Counted from the first letter of the stretch, positions 26,648 through 37,194 are shown. The stretch is DNA of 64,000 nucleotides from an uncultured Gemmatimonadales bacterium (GCA_963788625.1 CAWBHB010000001.1:1031939-1095938); one strand, 5' to 3'. Notes: generated by a model from the sequence alone, not told the origin. A program made the numbers and translations.

Positions 26648-27767
26648 CTACCTGGTCTGAATCGTGGCCTCGACCGACATGCCGGGGCGAAGCGGATGCT
26701 CCGGGTCCAGCGCCGGAATCGACCGAAATGCGCACCGGCACCCGCTGCACCACCTTGGTGAAGTTGCCGGTGGCGTTGTCAGGTGGCAGCAGGGAGAACC
26801 TGGCGCCGGTCGCCGGACTCAGGCTTTCGACGTGACCGTAGAAGGTGCGGCCAGGATAGGCGTCGACCGTGAAGGTGGCCTTGTCGCCGGGATTCACATC
26901 GCGGACCTGGGTCTCCTTGAGGTTCGCGGTGACCCAGACGTCGCTTTCCGGAATCAGCTGCATCAATCCCTGGCCGACGCTGACGAGAGCGCCGGGTTCC
27001 ACGCTCCGTCTTGGCCACGACTCCCGCCAGTAGGGGCTGTGATGACGGTATAGCTCCGCTGGAGCTGCGCGTTGTCGAGCGCTGACCTGAGCACTCTCCA
27101 GCCGGGCGGTCGCTCCGGTCACGGCCGCGCCGTACGCCGAGACCTGGCTCTGCGCCGCTGAGGCCTGCTTCTGGGCGGCGGTGAGGTTGGCCTTGGCGGC
27201 ATCAGCCGCCGCCTCGGATTCATCGAGTTGCTGGGGGGGCACGATGCGTTCCTGGGCCAGCACCTTCATTCGTTCCAGATCTGCCGCGGCTTTCCGGGCG
27301 GCGGCCTCGGCCGAGGCGACGTTGGCCTGCGCACTCGAGGCCTGAGCCTCGCTCCAGGCCAGCTGAGCCTGAGCCTGTCCACCGCGGGTGTTGCTTCCGG
27401 CGGCCGCGATCGCGCTCGCGAGATCGGCCTTGGCCTGATCCTCCCGAACCCGCAGATCCCGATCGTCGAGCACGACCAGAGTGTCGCCCTCGTTCACCCG
27501 CTGGTTGTCGTCCACCCGCACTTGGGATACGAAGGCCTGCACCCGGGGCGAAATGACCGTGATGTGGCCGTCCACCTGGGCGTTGTCGGTGGTGACGTGT
27601 ACCCGGGCGAACCGCCACTTGGCGAAGGCGAATGCACCCAGGGCCAGCGTGGCGGTTGTCGCTAGTATGATGGGCAGCACCCGCCGCCTGCGGGCGGGTA
27701 CCGAGGTCTCCAGAGCTGATTCCACTGCGTGCGTTGCCATAGAAAGCTTCCTGTTCGGTACCGTCAC
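26648..27767 (-). pseudogene. HlyD/EmrA-family membrane fusion protein, 4 frameshifts in this assembly (3 compensate each other)
   Basis: GTG 27767 overlaps the TolC-like TGA (GTGA). The conserved string LDNAQLQRSYTVITAPTGG-VVAK-RSVEPGALV needs three 1-nt corrections near 27079, 27021 and 27009. The C-terminus LDPEHPLRPGMSVEATIQTR** needs one near 26710. Confidence 0.8.
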
Positions 27768-29070
27768 TGAAGTTGATCGACGACGCCCAACGCCCGATAC
27801 GTCCGCACCCGGGCGGTGGCATACCCGACCCGGGCCTGGATCAGCGCGTTTCGGGCAGTGAACAGCGCGATTTGACCGTTGGTCGTCTCGATGGAGCCTG
27901 CGACTCCCGCGTCAAACCGCTGCTGGGCCTGGGACAGTTCCTGCTCGGCCAACCGGACTCGGTCGGTGGCCAGCCCGACCTGCTGTCCAGCCGAGGTCAG
28001 GTCGAGAAGCGCCTGGCGCGTTTCGGTTTCCACCTGCAAGCGGAGATGGCTCTCCCGCCGCTTCTGGGCGTCCACCCGGGCCGCGGCCTCGTCTTGCCGC
28101 TTGGGGCGCTTCCAGCCATCGAGCAGAGGAAGACTGATGCCGAGTTGAACGACGTACGTGTTGTCGAGGGTGCTGAACTCCTGCCCGCTCTCGGCAAAGC
28201 CCGCTCCGGCGACCAGGCTCGGGATGTACTCCTGGCCTATCGCGCGAAGCGAGGTTTCCACTGACTTGGTTCTCTGTTGCTCCGCAAGCATGTCCGGCCG
28301 ATGGGCCAGTGCGAACGCGACCGCCTCATCCTGATCCGTGGGAACGGTGAGCGTGGTCGGGCCGAGGGAATCGGAGAGGACGAGGCGCTGGGCAGGCGGA
28401 AGCTCGAGCACCTGGGCGAGGTCGAGGCGAGCCCGGTCACGTTCGTTGCGCGCCACCTCGAGCTGGGTCCGGACCGTGGCGAAGTTCACCTCGCTCCTGG
28501 TCCGATCGATTTCGGGGCTCACGCCAGCCTCAGTGAGTTTCCTCGCCTGGTCCAGCAAGTCGTCCGCAATGGTGCTATCCGCCAGCCGAGCGGCGACCGC
28601 TTCCTCGGCGCTCAACACCTGGAGGTAGGCCAGTCCGGCGGTGGCCGCCGAGAGGTCACCGACCGCCTGCGCGTCGTAACCGCTGGCGAGCGCCGAGTCC
28701 TTGGCGGCACGGAGCCGCGAAATCGCGCTCGGCGTTGAACACGGTCTGCGTCGCCTGGACGTTGAAGTTCACGACGTTGAAGTCGGGCGTGACGCCAATC
28801 GCGACGCCAGGGAATCCGAACTCCTCCAGATTGATTGTCTTGCGAGCGAGGGAGCCATTCAGCGTGACACTGGGAAGCAGATCCGCACGACGCTGGCCGG
28901 TGCGTGCCTCCGCCACGCGGACGTTGTACCGGGCCAAAGCCGCATCAATACCGCGCTCGCCGCCCCAGAGCTATGGCCTGAGCCAGCGTGAGAGGGGCGG
29001 GGCCAGCTTGTGCCGCGGCGCCTGGAGCGACGGCGAGCGTCGCGAGAATCAGCAGAGAGGTTCGGGTCAT
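27764..29070 (-). pseudogene. TolC-like outer-membrane efflux protein, 2 frameshifts in this assembly
   Basis: The signal peptide MTRTSLLILATLAVAPGAAAQ starts at ATG 29070 (ATGA overlap with the tetR stop). The pieces ...ERGIDAALARYNVRVAEARTGQRR... and ...ISRLRAAKDSALASGYDAQA...LSAEEAVAARL... are joined by shifts near 28965 and 28722. Confidence 0.75.
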
Positions 29071-29735
29071 ACACTCTCCTTCGACGCTGACGACGGCCGC
29101 TGCAGGACACCGTTCAGATACAGATCAATGATCCCTGACTCGAGGTCATCATTCGACATCGGATGCAAGTCATAGGGGCGGAACCCATGCTGCGATTGAG
29201 CCAGCTGGGCGCAGAGCGTCTGCAGGGCGCGGGCGGTGAACGCCGAATTGACCGGCCTGAACTCACCCCGCTCGATGCCCAGGTCGATGATCGACTGGAT
29301 CAGGGTCCGCATCCGCAGGATGACTTCCTGGAAGAAGAAGCGGGCCAGCTCAGGGAAGTTGGTCAGTTCGAGTTGTACGACACGGACCAGCCGGAGATTG
29401 GCGGGCTCATTCATTTTCGCCCAGTAACGCCGGATGAACTGTTCGAGCAGATCCCTCGTCGAGCCCTCGAAGGTGCGGACAAATTCCTCTTCTTCGGCGA
29501 CGCTGGCGCTCACGCAGGCCCGCGCCATCTCGCGAAAGAGATCTTCCTTCGACTTGAAGTAGAGATACAGCGTTCCCTTGCTCACTCCGGCCCGTCGCGC
29601 CACCTCTTCCAGGCGAGTGCGGGCGAATCCCTGCTCTCCGAACACGTGCAGCGCAGCCTCGAGGATTTCTTCTGGGCGCGACTCGGGCCGGCGTTGCCAT
29701 CGGGGCACGCGATCTTCGGCAGGTGAGCTCGACAT
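29067..29735 (-). CDS. TetR-family transcriptional regulator
   Basis: 222 aa with the HTH RTRLEEVARRAGVSKGTLYLYFKSKEDLF. It is the first gene of the efflux operon. Confidence 0.9.
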   Translation of the reverse strand: MSSSPAEDRVPRWQRRPESRPEEILEAALHVFGEQGFARTRLEEVARRAGVSKGTLYLYFKSKEDLFREMARACVSASVAEEEEFVRTFEGSTRDLLEQFIRRYWAKMNEPANLRLVRVVQLELTNFPELARFFFQEVILRMRTLIQSIIDLGIERGEFRPVNSAFTARALQTLCAQLAQSQHGFRPYDLHPMSNDDLESGIIDLYLNGVLQRPSSASKESV

Positions 29736-29885
29736 GTGGCCTGTCTCCTAAATAACTGACCAGTAAGTAACATATTTGCGACACGTAGATTGTCAATTGG
29801 GAAGGACTTGGGAACCACCCCCTCCCTTGTTCCCGGTTGGCGACTTCCCTACTTTATGATCATTCGTCACCGGAGGCACCCCCCG

Positions 29886-31001
29886 ATGGACGATCGGTTT
29901 TTCAGCTCCGACGACTACGACGAAAACGCCCACCAGCTGTACAACGACGGCCACTACGACGAGGCCGTCGAGCTTCTCCGAGAAGGCACCGCTCTCTACC
30001 CCAACTCCGTGGAACTCCACGTGGGGATGGCTTACGCGTTCCTCGCCCGTGAAGAGGTCGCGTGGGCACGGCGGAGTTTCGAGACCGCCCTGGCGCTCGA
30101 TTCGGACCACGAGGACGCGCTGGCGGGATACGGAGAGGTGCTGCTCAAGCTGGGGGATCGTCACGGAGCCCTGACGGCGTTCGAACAGATCCTGGTATTG
30201 GGTTTCCGGGACGATCACGAGCTGATGCTGCAGATCGGCCGTGCCTTGTTCCGTGAGGGAATTCTCGCCGCGGCCCAGCGGTTCTTCGAGTTCGCGGTGA
30301 ATGCTCAGCCCGACTGCGCCGAGGCTTCGGCCTGCGTTGGCTATGCGGCGCATCGGCTGAACGACGACAGCGGGGCGCTCTACTGGCTCCGCCGGGCACT
30401 CCAGATCGACCCGCACTACAGCGAGGCCCGGATCTATCTGGCCAACATGCTGTACGACCGGGGCGAGACCGAGGCGGCTCTCCATCACCTGCACCAGACC
30501 GTCCCGGAAGATCACTACGACGAATTGGGCATCTGGCGGTTGATCGAGCTCAAGAAGGCGGTTTACCACCTGCCGGATGACGATCCCGAGCTGCGCCCCT
30601 GGTTCACCCGGCTCGGCGAAGTCGCGGGCGAACCCGACACCGTGGATCTGCTGCTGGCAGAAGTCGAAGCCACCCAGCCCGACGGCAGCCTGCGGGATCC
30701 GACGCAGCTGGAGCTGTTCGGTACTCTGCTCACCGAACTGCACGCGATGCAGAAGCGGCCGACTGGCGGCGGGCCTCACGCGGTAACCAATCTTACCGGT
30801 CGGACTTTCCGGGGCTCGTGGGAAGAGATCCTGCTCCAGATGAAAGCGGCGGACCGGGAATGGGCCCACGCCTCGATGCTCGAGTTCATGGTGGATCTGG
30901 CCCGTCGTGGGGTGGCGGAGACCGGGGTCATCATTCCGACCACCGATGCCGAGGCCTTTATCCTGGGCAGTGTGGAGGCGGGGGTTCTTCGGTTGGTCTG
31001 A
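29886..31001 (+). CDS. Tetratricopeptide-repeat protein
   Basis: The start is taken at ATG 29886 (MDDRFFSSDDYDENAHQLYNDGHYDEAVELL...). Repeated TPR-like A/Y/L patterns are present. The function is unknown. Confidence 0.65.
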   Translation: MDDRFFSSDDYDENAHQLYNDGHYDEAVELLREGTALYPNSVELHVGMAYAFLAREEVAWARRSFETALALDSDHEDALAGYGEVLLKLGDRHGALTAFEQILVLGFRDDHELMLQIGRALFREGILAAAQRFFEFAVNAQPDCAEASACVGYAAHRLNDDSGALYWLRRALQIDPHYSEARIYLANMLYDRGETEAALHHLHQTVPEDHYDELGIWRLIELKKAVYHLPDDDPELRPWFTRLGEVAGEPDTVDLLLAEVEATQPDGSLRDPTQLELFGTLLTELHAMQKRPTGGGPHAVTNLTGRTFRGSWEEILLQMKAADREWAHASMLEFMVDLARRGVAETGVIIPTTDAEAFILGSVEAGVLRLV

Positions 31002-31037
31002 CTCTGACCGTTCTTCCCGGCCGGCTTCTCCGGTCGT

Positions 31038-31073
31038 GGTAGCGCCGCACCCTCGTGCGGCGCTACCATTTTC
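31038..31073 (+). terminator. Intrinsic terminator after the TPR gene
   Basis: ggtagcgccgcac cctc gtgcggcgctacc (13-bp stem) followed by attttc. Confidence 0.7.
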
Positions 31074-31076
31074 AAA

Positions 31077-33705
31077 ATGGCCATCTCGAATCTGCCACTC
31101 CCGGTATGGACTCAGGGCGTGCACCGCGAGGTCCTGCCCAACGGGCTGACCCTCCTGGTGTTGCCCGAACGCTCCGCGCGAGTCGCCGCGGTCGTCACCC
31201 ATGTAAAAGCCGGCTTCTTCGACGAACCGGATCAATGGGTCGGGATCTCGCACGTGCTGGAGCACATGTTCTTCAAGGGCACACCGCGTCGCGGAGTGGG
31301 AGTCATTGCCCGGGAGACCAAGGCCGCGGGCGGATACCTCAACGCCTCAACCAGCTACGATCACACCTCGTATGTCGTCGCCTTGCCGGCTGCGAGCCTC
31401 GGGGCGGCGATCGACATTCAATCCGACGCGCTGCGGCACGCTCTCATCGACCCGGATGAGCTGCGCCGGGAACTCGGCGTCGTCATCCAGGAAGCCCGAA
31501 GAAAGCTGGACACTCCCGCCGCGCTGACCCAGGAAACCCTGCACGAAGCCATGTACGACCGGCACCGGATGCGGCGCTGGCGCATCGGGCGTGAGGAGGA
31601 CCTGGCCCGGTTTACCCGGGATGATGTCGTCGGGTATTACAAGTCTCGCTACGTGCCGGAGCGGACCATCGTCGGCATTGTGGGCGACGTCGATCTGGAC
31701 GCCGCACTGGACCTGGCCCACGCCGCGTATGGAGACTGGGCCCCGAGCGCCGGTGCGATCGATCGGTCGCCCTCCGAGCCGGAGCGTCGCGACGTCCGAG
31801 GTCGGACGCTGCGGGCCGATGTGACGTCTGAGCGAACTGGCCATCGGCTGGCAGGGTGTTCCTGCGCTGGACCGTGACGCCGTAGCGCTCGACCTGGCTG
31901 CGGCGATTCTGGGCGCTGGGAGAGGAAGCTGGCTGTACCAGAGCCTGCGGGAAGCGGGGATCGCCACCTCGGTGGGCGCCCATCATTACTCCCCGACCGA
32001 GATCGGCGTGTTCAGTATCAGCGCGGAGTTTGAGCCGGGCCGAATGCAGACCGTGCTCGATGCGACGGCCACCGCGGTGCATCGATTGACCACCAAGGGG
32101 CCGCCGGATGCGGATCTGGAGCGGGCGCGTGCCCTGCTCCTCACCCGGTGGGCGCGCCGCATGGAGTCGATGGTGGGTCGAGCGGCTGCCCTGGCGGGTG
32201 CCGAAGCCCTCGATTCCATCGCGCTGCTCGACCGGGAATTTCAGGAGCTCGCCACGATTGGCGGTGCCCGGGTCCGCGAGGCGGCCGCGAGGATTCTGCT
32301 GTCGGACCGGCTCGCGACCGTGGTTTGCCATCCGCGGGACCGAGGAGAAGACCTGACACAGGCCACTCTCGCCATGGCGTTCTCCCGCCCCCGCCCGGAC
32401 GCAGTGCGGGAGCTCGCACCCGCGGGGCCAACCGCCAAGCCTCCCCGATCCAGCAGCAGTCGCGAGGAAGCCGGCGTGCTGCACACGGGACTTCCCGCGT
32501 GGGACCTGCTGATCCGTCGCAAGCCCGGAGTGCCGACCGTCTCTCTCGGGCTCTATGTCCCGCGGCTTCATTTCGAGCAGCCCAGCCAGGCCGGCCTCGG
32601 CGCGCTGACGATCCGCAGCGCGATTCGCGGGGCGGGGGACCTCGACGCTGCCGCCCTCGCCTTCGCCTTCGAGCGGCTGGGTGGCTCGCTGGGGTCGAGT
32701 GTCACCTATGACTGGTTCGGCTTCGGTACCACGGTGCTGGCTCCGAATCTCTCGGAAGCGGCCGGCCTCCTGAAATCCGTCTTCCGCGAACCGCGATTCG
32801 CAGAGGAACAGGTGCGGGCGGAGCAAAAGCTGCTGGTGGAAGAGACGGCGCAAATGGCGGACGACATGTTTCGCTACCCCTTCCAGCTGGCCTTCGGTGC
32901 CGCGTATGGAGATCAGCACTACGGCATCCCCGCGATCGGTCTGCCGCATACGGTGGAGTTTCTGACTCTCGAGGATGTGCGGCAGTGGCACCAGACCCGT
33001 CTCGATCCGATGCGCGGTGTCGTAGTGGCCGTCGGCGACCTGACCCCGGAGCAGGCGCGTGATGCGCTTGCGGGAGTCTTCGGCGATGATGCCGCCCGGA
33101 TGCCGGCTCGACCGGGCGATGATCTGCCCTGGGCGCTCGACGGGGAGGTGGTCGAACGGATCGTCAACCGCAGCAAGGCGCAAACGGCGGTGGCGATGGC
33201 CTTCCCGGGTCCCTCCCGTCGGAACCCGCAGCGCCTCGCGGCGGAGATCTGGGCTGCCATCGCCAGCGGACTGGGCGGGAGATTGTTCGAGGCGTTGCGG
33301 GACCGGCGGTCGCTCGCCTACAGCGTGGTGGCGTCGTCATGGCAGAAGGCGCGGGGCGGCGCGTTGGTCACCTATATCGCGACCGCACCGGAGCGCGAAG
33401 CAGAAGCCCGGTCAGCGATGCTGGAAGAGCTGGCACACTTTGCCGCCGATCTGGTGAGTCCCGACGAACTCACCCGGGCCAGAAACTATCTCGCGGGCCA
33501 GGTCGACGTGGAGCGTCAGTCGGCGTCCGCGCTCGCGGGAGAAATCGTGGAGGCTTGGCTTATCGGAAACGGTCTGGCCGATCTGGAAGGCGCGGCCGAC
33601 CGCTATCGGGCGGTCAAGGCCGACGAAGTGCTCGCCGTGGCGGAGCAGTTCCGGCGCGGTCTGCGGGCGGAGGGCATCGTGCGAGGGGTGGGCGGCGGTC
33701 GTTAG
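31077..33705 (+). pseudogene. Double-unit M16 (pitrilysin-family) zinc peptidase, one frameshift near 31827 in this assembly
   Basis: The N-terminal unit carries HxxEH (ISHVLEHMFFKG). Track ORFs 31077..31877 and 31972..33705 join as ...LRADVT / LSELAIGWQGVPALDRDAVALDLAAAILG... after a 1-nt correction, giving about 875 aa with two M16 units. Confidence 0.85.
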
Positions 33706-34149
33706 CGGCGGGCTCTTACGGGCGGCAAGTTCATGCGCCACCCGAGGGCGAAAGACGCTCATCAGTCGCTGCCCCATCTCGGTGTGCTCGGCCGCCCATT
33801 CCGTGTGCTGGAACGACCGGGGCGACGTAGCGGCCCGGATCTCGGCGAGGTACGGCTCGATCCGCGCGTACATCGTCAGTCCTTCAGCGTTGTTGTCGAT
33901 CAGGAAGTCGGGATGGATCACTCCATGGTGGGCCATCCCGTAGACCATCTCCCAGTAGGTCGACACCTGCCGATACGCGGTGTTGAGCGGGTGATCAGTG
34001 CGGGTGATCGCGACCGCCTCCTCCCCGGTGCGGGGCCAGAATTCCACCCGGAGTTTCGCCCTCGACTCCCGCATCACACTCTCCCGACGCAGATCGTAGA
34101 TCTTCAGGATCAGATCCGCATCGTGATGGTCAGGACTTTCCTTGAGCAT
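33412..34149 (-). CDS. Hypothetical protein (about 146 conserved-looking residues; 3' end unreliable)
   Basis: The start ATG 34149 overlaps the upstream TGA (ATGA). MLKESPDHHDADLILKIYDLRRESVMRESR... looks like real coding sequence up to about 33712. The remaining ~100 codons run antisense through the M16 3' end and are probably read-through caused by a lost stop or an indel. Confidence 0.4.
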   Translation of the reverse strand: MLKESPDHHDADLILKIYDLRRESVMRESRAKLRVEFWPRTGEEAVAITRTDHPLNTAYRQVSTYWEMVYGMAHHGVIHPDFLIDNNAEGLTMYARIEPYLAEIRAATSPRSFQHTEWAAEHTEMGQRLMSVFRPRVAHELAARKSPPLTTAAHPSHDALRPQTAPELLRHGEHFVGLDRPIAVGRAFQIGQTVSDKPSLHDFSRERGRRLTLHVDLAREIVSGPGEFVGTHQIGGKVCQLFQHR

Positions 34150-34463
34150 CAGTGGTGAACCTCCGCGTTCAGCCGTCGGGCGAGGGCCTCGGTGCCTCGC
34201 GAGGCGGCGTTGGGTGTCGCCGCGACAATGTCCACCAGGCATCTCCCCGCGTCGGGCTCGACATGCAGAATGAGGTGTCCGCCGTGACAAAGCACGGCGA
34301 CCACCGTGCCCCGCGGGCCGGAATGGAGCACCGGGGGGCCGTAAGGAGTGAGTCCCGCGGCGCTCGCGGCACCGGCGGCGAGGGCAGCCAGTCCCGCGGC
34401 ATCGCCCAGTCGGGCGCCCATGATCCCGGTGAGTTCGGTACAGGAGTGGGAGAAAGTCGACAT
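34149..34463 (-). CDS. Small S-adenosylmethionine-decarboxylase-like (SpeH fold) protein, apparently lacking the Glu-Ser self-cleavage site
   Basis: 104 aa. VVAVLCHGGHLILHVEPDAGRCLVDIVA resembles the VLLSESH(I/V)xxHTWPE...D(V/I)F(T)C core of small AdoMetDC proenzymes, but CHGG replaces SESH. This is a weak call from memory. Confidence 0.35.
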   Translation of the reverse strand: MSTFSHSCTELTGIMGARLGDAAGLAALAAGAASAAGLTPYGPPVLHSGPRGTVVAVLCHGGHLILHVEPDAGRCLVDIVAATPNAASRGTEALARRLNAEVHH

Positions 34464-34490
34464 CAGGCGATGTCCTGACGGCCGGATACT

Positions 34491-34949
34491 TCAGAACATC
34501 GAGATGGCGAGCAGGGAGCGTAGGTTATCGTTGGTCACCCGGAGTCTGGAGGAGAGCAGGCGGACCATCGACCAGAGAATCTTGTAGGCCATGTCCCGGT
34601 TGAAATCGAGCAGGATCTCGAAATCCGGCCGGGAAATGGTCATCACCGTCACCGGGTTGTTCGCGACGGCGTCGGTGGATCGCTCGGAGCGATCGAACAC
34701 CGCCATCTCCCCGAAACAGGCTCCGGACTGCAGAACCGCGAGCGCTTCTTCGCCGCTCCCCGGAATGTTGCGACTGATGCGCACGTCTCCCGCAATGATC
34801 AGGTAGAAGCGATTCCCGGGCTCGCCTTCCTTGAAAATCTGCTGCCCCGATTTGAAGGTCTGCTCTTTGCAAATTTCCGCCACGCGGGCAAGTTCCCCGT
34901 CGTCGAGGTCCGCGAAGATGGCGGTTTTCTTGAGGAGCTGGAGATCCAT
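34491..34949 (-). CDS. Cyclic-nucleotide-binding domain protein
   Basis: The start is ATG 34949. The 152-aa protein has FKEGEPGNRFYLIIAGDVRI...CFGEMAVFD...RSTDAVA, which is typical of cNMP-binding domains. No DNA-binding domain is present. Confidence 0.8.
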   Translation of the reverse strand: MDLQLLKKTAIFADLDDGELARVAEICKEQTFKSGQQIFKEGEPGNRFYLIIAGDVRISRNIPGSGEEALAVLQSGACFGEMAVFDRSERSTDAVANNPVTVMTISRPDFEILLDFNRDMAYKILWSMVRLLSSRLRVTNDNLRSLLAISMF

Positions 34950-34977
34950 CGCGCCTCGCCTCGGGAGAGTGCGCAGA

Positions 34978-35535
34978 ATGTCCGAAAGTAGTCCTCGCCC
35001 AGATGCCGAGCAAGGTGGCGCGCCGCGTTTCGGCGCGGCGGATGCGCTCACCGCGCTTCGCCTTCCGCTCGCCGCGTGGTTTGTTCTGGCGCGGGACGAC
35101 GACCATCGGCTGGTCATTCTGGTGATCGCCGGGGTGACCGATCTCCTCGACGGCGCGCTGGCTCGCCGGGTCGGCCCGTCCAGGCTCGGTGCATTTCTCG
35201 ATCCGGTGGCGGACAAACTGTTCATGGCCGCCGCATTCGCCGTCGTGCTCTTCTCGGGGCGACTCGCGTGGTATGAGATCCTGGGAGTGCTCGCACGCGA
35301 CGTGGTGGCGACGGTCACGTTCGTGGTTACGCTGGTGTCGGGACGGCCCGCGTCGATTCCGGCCCGATTGGGCGGCAAGGCCGTGACCCTGGCTCAGATG
35401 CTGACGCTCGCTGCCGCGCTCACTGACTCTTCCCTGGTGCGCCCGCTGGCCTGGGCCACCGCCGCGATCGCCTTGTACGCCATCTGGGATTATCAGCACG
35501 CGGCTACCCGCGCCCGCCGTCCGGTCGGCGGGTGA
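34978..35535 (+). CDS. CDP-alcohol phosphatidyltransferase family protein
   Basis: The start is ATG 34978. It carries the signature DLLDGALARRVGPSRLGAFLDPVADK (D-G-x2-A-R-x8-G-x3-D-x3-D). Confidence 0.85.
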   Translation: MSESSPRPDAEQGGAPRFGAADALTALRLPLAAWFVLARDDDHRLVILVIAGVTDLLDGALARRVGPSRLGAFLDPVADKLFMAAAFAVVLFSGRLAWYEILGVLARDVVATVTFVVTLVSGRPASIPARLGGKAVTLAQMLTLAAALTDSSLVRPLAWATAAIALYAIWDYQHAATRARRPVGG

Positions 35536-35972
35536 ACCTTCGCCAATCTCAACAACTGCTCACCATGCCCAAAGAGACCAAGGCGACCCTGACCTGGCAG
35601 CGGGGACAGGAGTTCGACGGCAGTAGCGAAACCGCGCCTCCGATACACGTGGACGGGACCAATCGCGCCGCGCCCAGCCCCATGGCTCTGCTGCTCCTGG
35701 CGGCCGGCTCCTGTACCGGCGCCGACATAGTCTCGATCCTCGAGAAGATGCGGGTTGGGTTGGTCCGACTTCAGATCGATGTTTCGGGCACGCGTCGCGA
35801 TGAGGAGCCCCGTCGATACATCGCCATCCAGCTGACCTATCACCTGAGCGGAACAGGGCTGGATGAGACCAAGGCGCGCCGGGCCATCGACCTCTCGATC
35901 GAGAAGTACTGCTCGGTGATTCACAGTCTCGCTCCCGACATCCCGATCACCTACGACCTCGTCCTTGGATAA
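35532..35972 (+). CDS. OsmC/Ohr-family protein
   Basis: 146 aa. GTG 35532 overlaps the upstream TGA (GTGA). PSPMALLLLAAGSCTGADIVSILEK and the C-terminal KYCSV are typical of OsmC. Confidence 0.8.
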   Translation: MNLRQSQQLLTMPKETKATLTWQRGQEFDGSSETAPPIHVDGTNRAAPSPMALLLLAAGSCTGADIVSILEKMRVGLVRLQIDVSGTRRDEEPRRYIAIQLTYHLSGTGLDETKARRAIDLSIEKYCSVIHSLAPDIPITYDLVLG

Positions 35973-35975
35973 GCG

Positions 35976-36444
35976 GTGAGCCGTACCGGGACGGTCGCCG
36001 TGGCCACGTTGTGCGCCGCGCTGGCCGGTCGGCTGCTTGCGGCCCAGCAAATCGTCGAATACGGGCTGCACGCGGTGACGACCTTCGCGTCCCCCGAGCT
36101 GGTCGCGGGCGGAGGCTACGCCGCTTTTCGTCCCGGTGAACGCGCGAGACTCGCGCTCACGCTGGCCGCCGGTGGGGCGGACGGGGCCGCGGCGTTTCGA
36201 GGCGAGCTGCTCGCCCACTTTCTGCTGAGCCCACGCGCGACTCATGGGGTTGGATTCTACGGGTTGGGCGGCGTGGCGCTCGCCGACGTGGAATCCGGCG
36301 GTAATCGCGACACCAGGGGCTACATGGTGCTGGGTCTCGGTGTGGAATCACGTCCCGGCGCGCGCAGCTGGGTGGGCGCTCGAGGCAGGAATCGGCGGCG
36401 GCTTGCGGATCGCCGCGGGATACCGCTGGCGACGATGGCCCTGA
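35976..36444 (+). pseudogene. Hypothetical secreted beta-barrel-like protein, one frameshift near 36360 in this assembly
   Basis: Signal peptide MSRTGTVAVATLCAALAGRLLAAQ. Track ORFs 35976..36488 and 36244..36444 join as ...GLGVESRPGAR / AGWALEAGIGGGLRIAAGYRWRRWP*. Confidence 0.4.
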
Positions 36445-36499
36445 AAACAATCGAGCCGCCCGGGGCGGGCGGCTCACCAGACTGCTAGCTCGTGGCTTC

Positions 36500-36781
36500 C
36501 TACTCGACGGCGGCTTCCTCTTCGACGTTGGGCGTGCCGCGTCCCATCACCGGCTGCACGTAACGCTCGCCGAGCGTACGAATCTGCGTCAGCTCCTCTT
36601 TGCCGAGCTCGTTGTAGCGCTCGCCGAGATACTGCATGGTATCGTCGAACCATTCCTTCTGATGTTCCGGCAGGGCTTCCAGGACTCCACAGCGCAGGAT
36701 ATGGCTGAACAATTCATCCCGGGCTTGCTCGAAGGGACGGGGAGCGGCCGGGGTACGTCGTGCTGGCTTACTCTTCGCCAT
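36500..36781 (-). CDS. Hypothetical small protein
   Basis: 93-aa ORF with coding-like composition (...ILRCGVLEALPEHQKEWFDDTMQYLGERYNELGKEELTQ...). No family recognised. Confidence 0.5.
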   Translation of the reverse strand: MAKSKPARRTPAAPRPFEQARDELFSHILRCGVLEALPEHQKEWFDDTMQYLGERYNELGKEELTQIRTLGERYVQPVMGRGTPNVEEEAAVE

Positions 36782-36897
36782 TCTATGTGCTCTCCTTTGA
36801 GTGCCTTAAAGTGCGACGGGAATATAATTTGGGCGACTCGGCGGAGCAAACTCCCGGTTGCTCCCTTGGTTTCACCGGCCATTGTAGATTCTTCGCC

Positions 36898-37194
36898 ATG
36901 CCAGAGCACGATGAAGTGTACGGCGATGCCCGTCGGAAGCAGCTGCTCGAGTTGCTCCGGGCCCTCGCCGCGAGGATTGAGGAGCTGGATCGCTCGGGCG
37001 GACTGCTCGACGCCGTACCGGAGCTTTTGAAACGGCTGGGCGATGTCCGAAGCGAGTTGTTCCATTATGAAGTGCGAAGCACCTACGACACGCCCGAAAT
37101 CGCCGAAAGCCGGCGGATCGTGGACGAGGCTGCACGGGGCGGCAACCCATTCGACGAGCCGGAGGACGACCAACCATGGCGGCGGGCGAAATGA
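36898..37194 (+). CDS. Hypothetical small protein
   Basis: The start is taken at ATG 36898 (MPEHDEVYGDARRKQLLELL...). 98 aa, acidic C-terminus. No family recognised. Confidence 0.4.
   Translation: MPEHDEVYGDARRKQLLELLRALAARIEELDRSGGLLDAVPELLKRLGDVRSELFHYEVRSTYDTPEIAESRRIVDEAARGGNPFDEPEDDQPWRRAK

Noticed and set aside
25899-27767. 622-aa HlyD-MFS fusion protein, as suggested by the track.
   Set aside because: The apparent fusion comes from a frameshift near 26710 that hides the emrA-like double stop (TAG TAG at 26645-26650). The emrB-like gene has its own ATG at 26642.
29736-29885. TetR operator palindrome in the tetR/TPR divergent region (ataACTGacCAGTaag, about 29752-29766).
   Set aside because: It is only a 4-2-4 palindrome in an AT-rich stretch, which is too weak to call as an operator without comparative or binding data.
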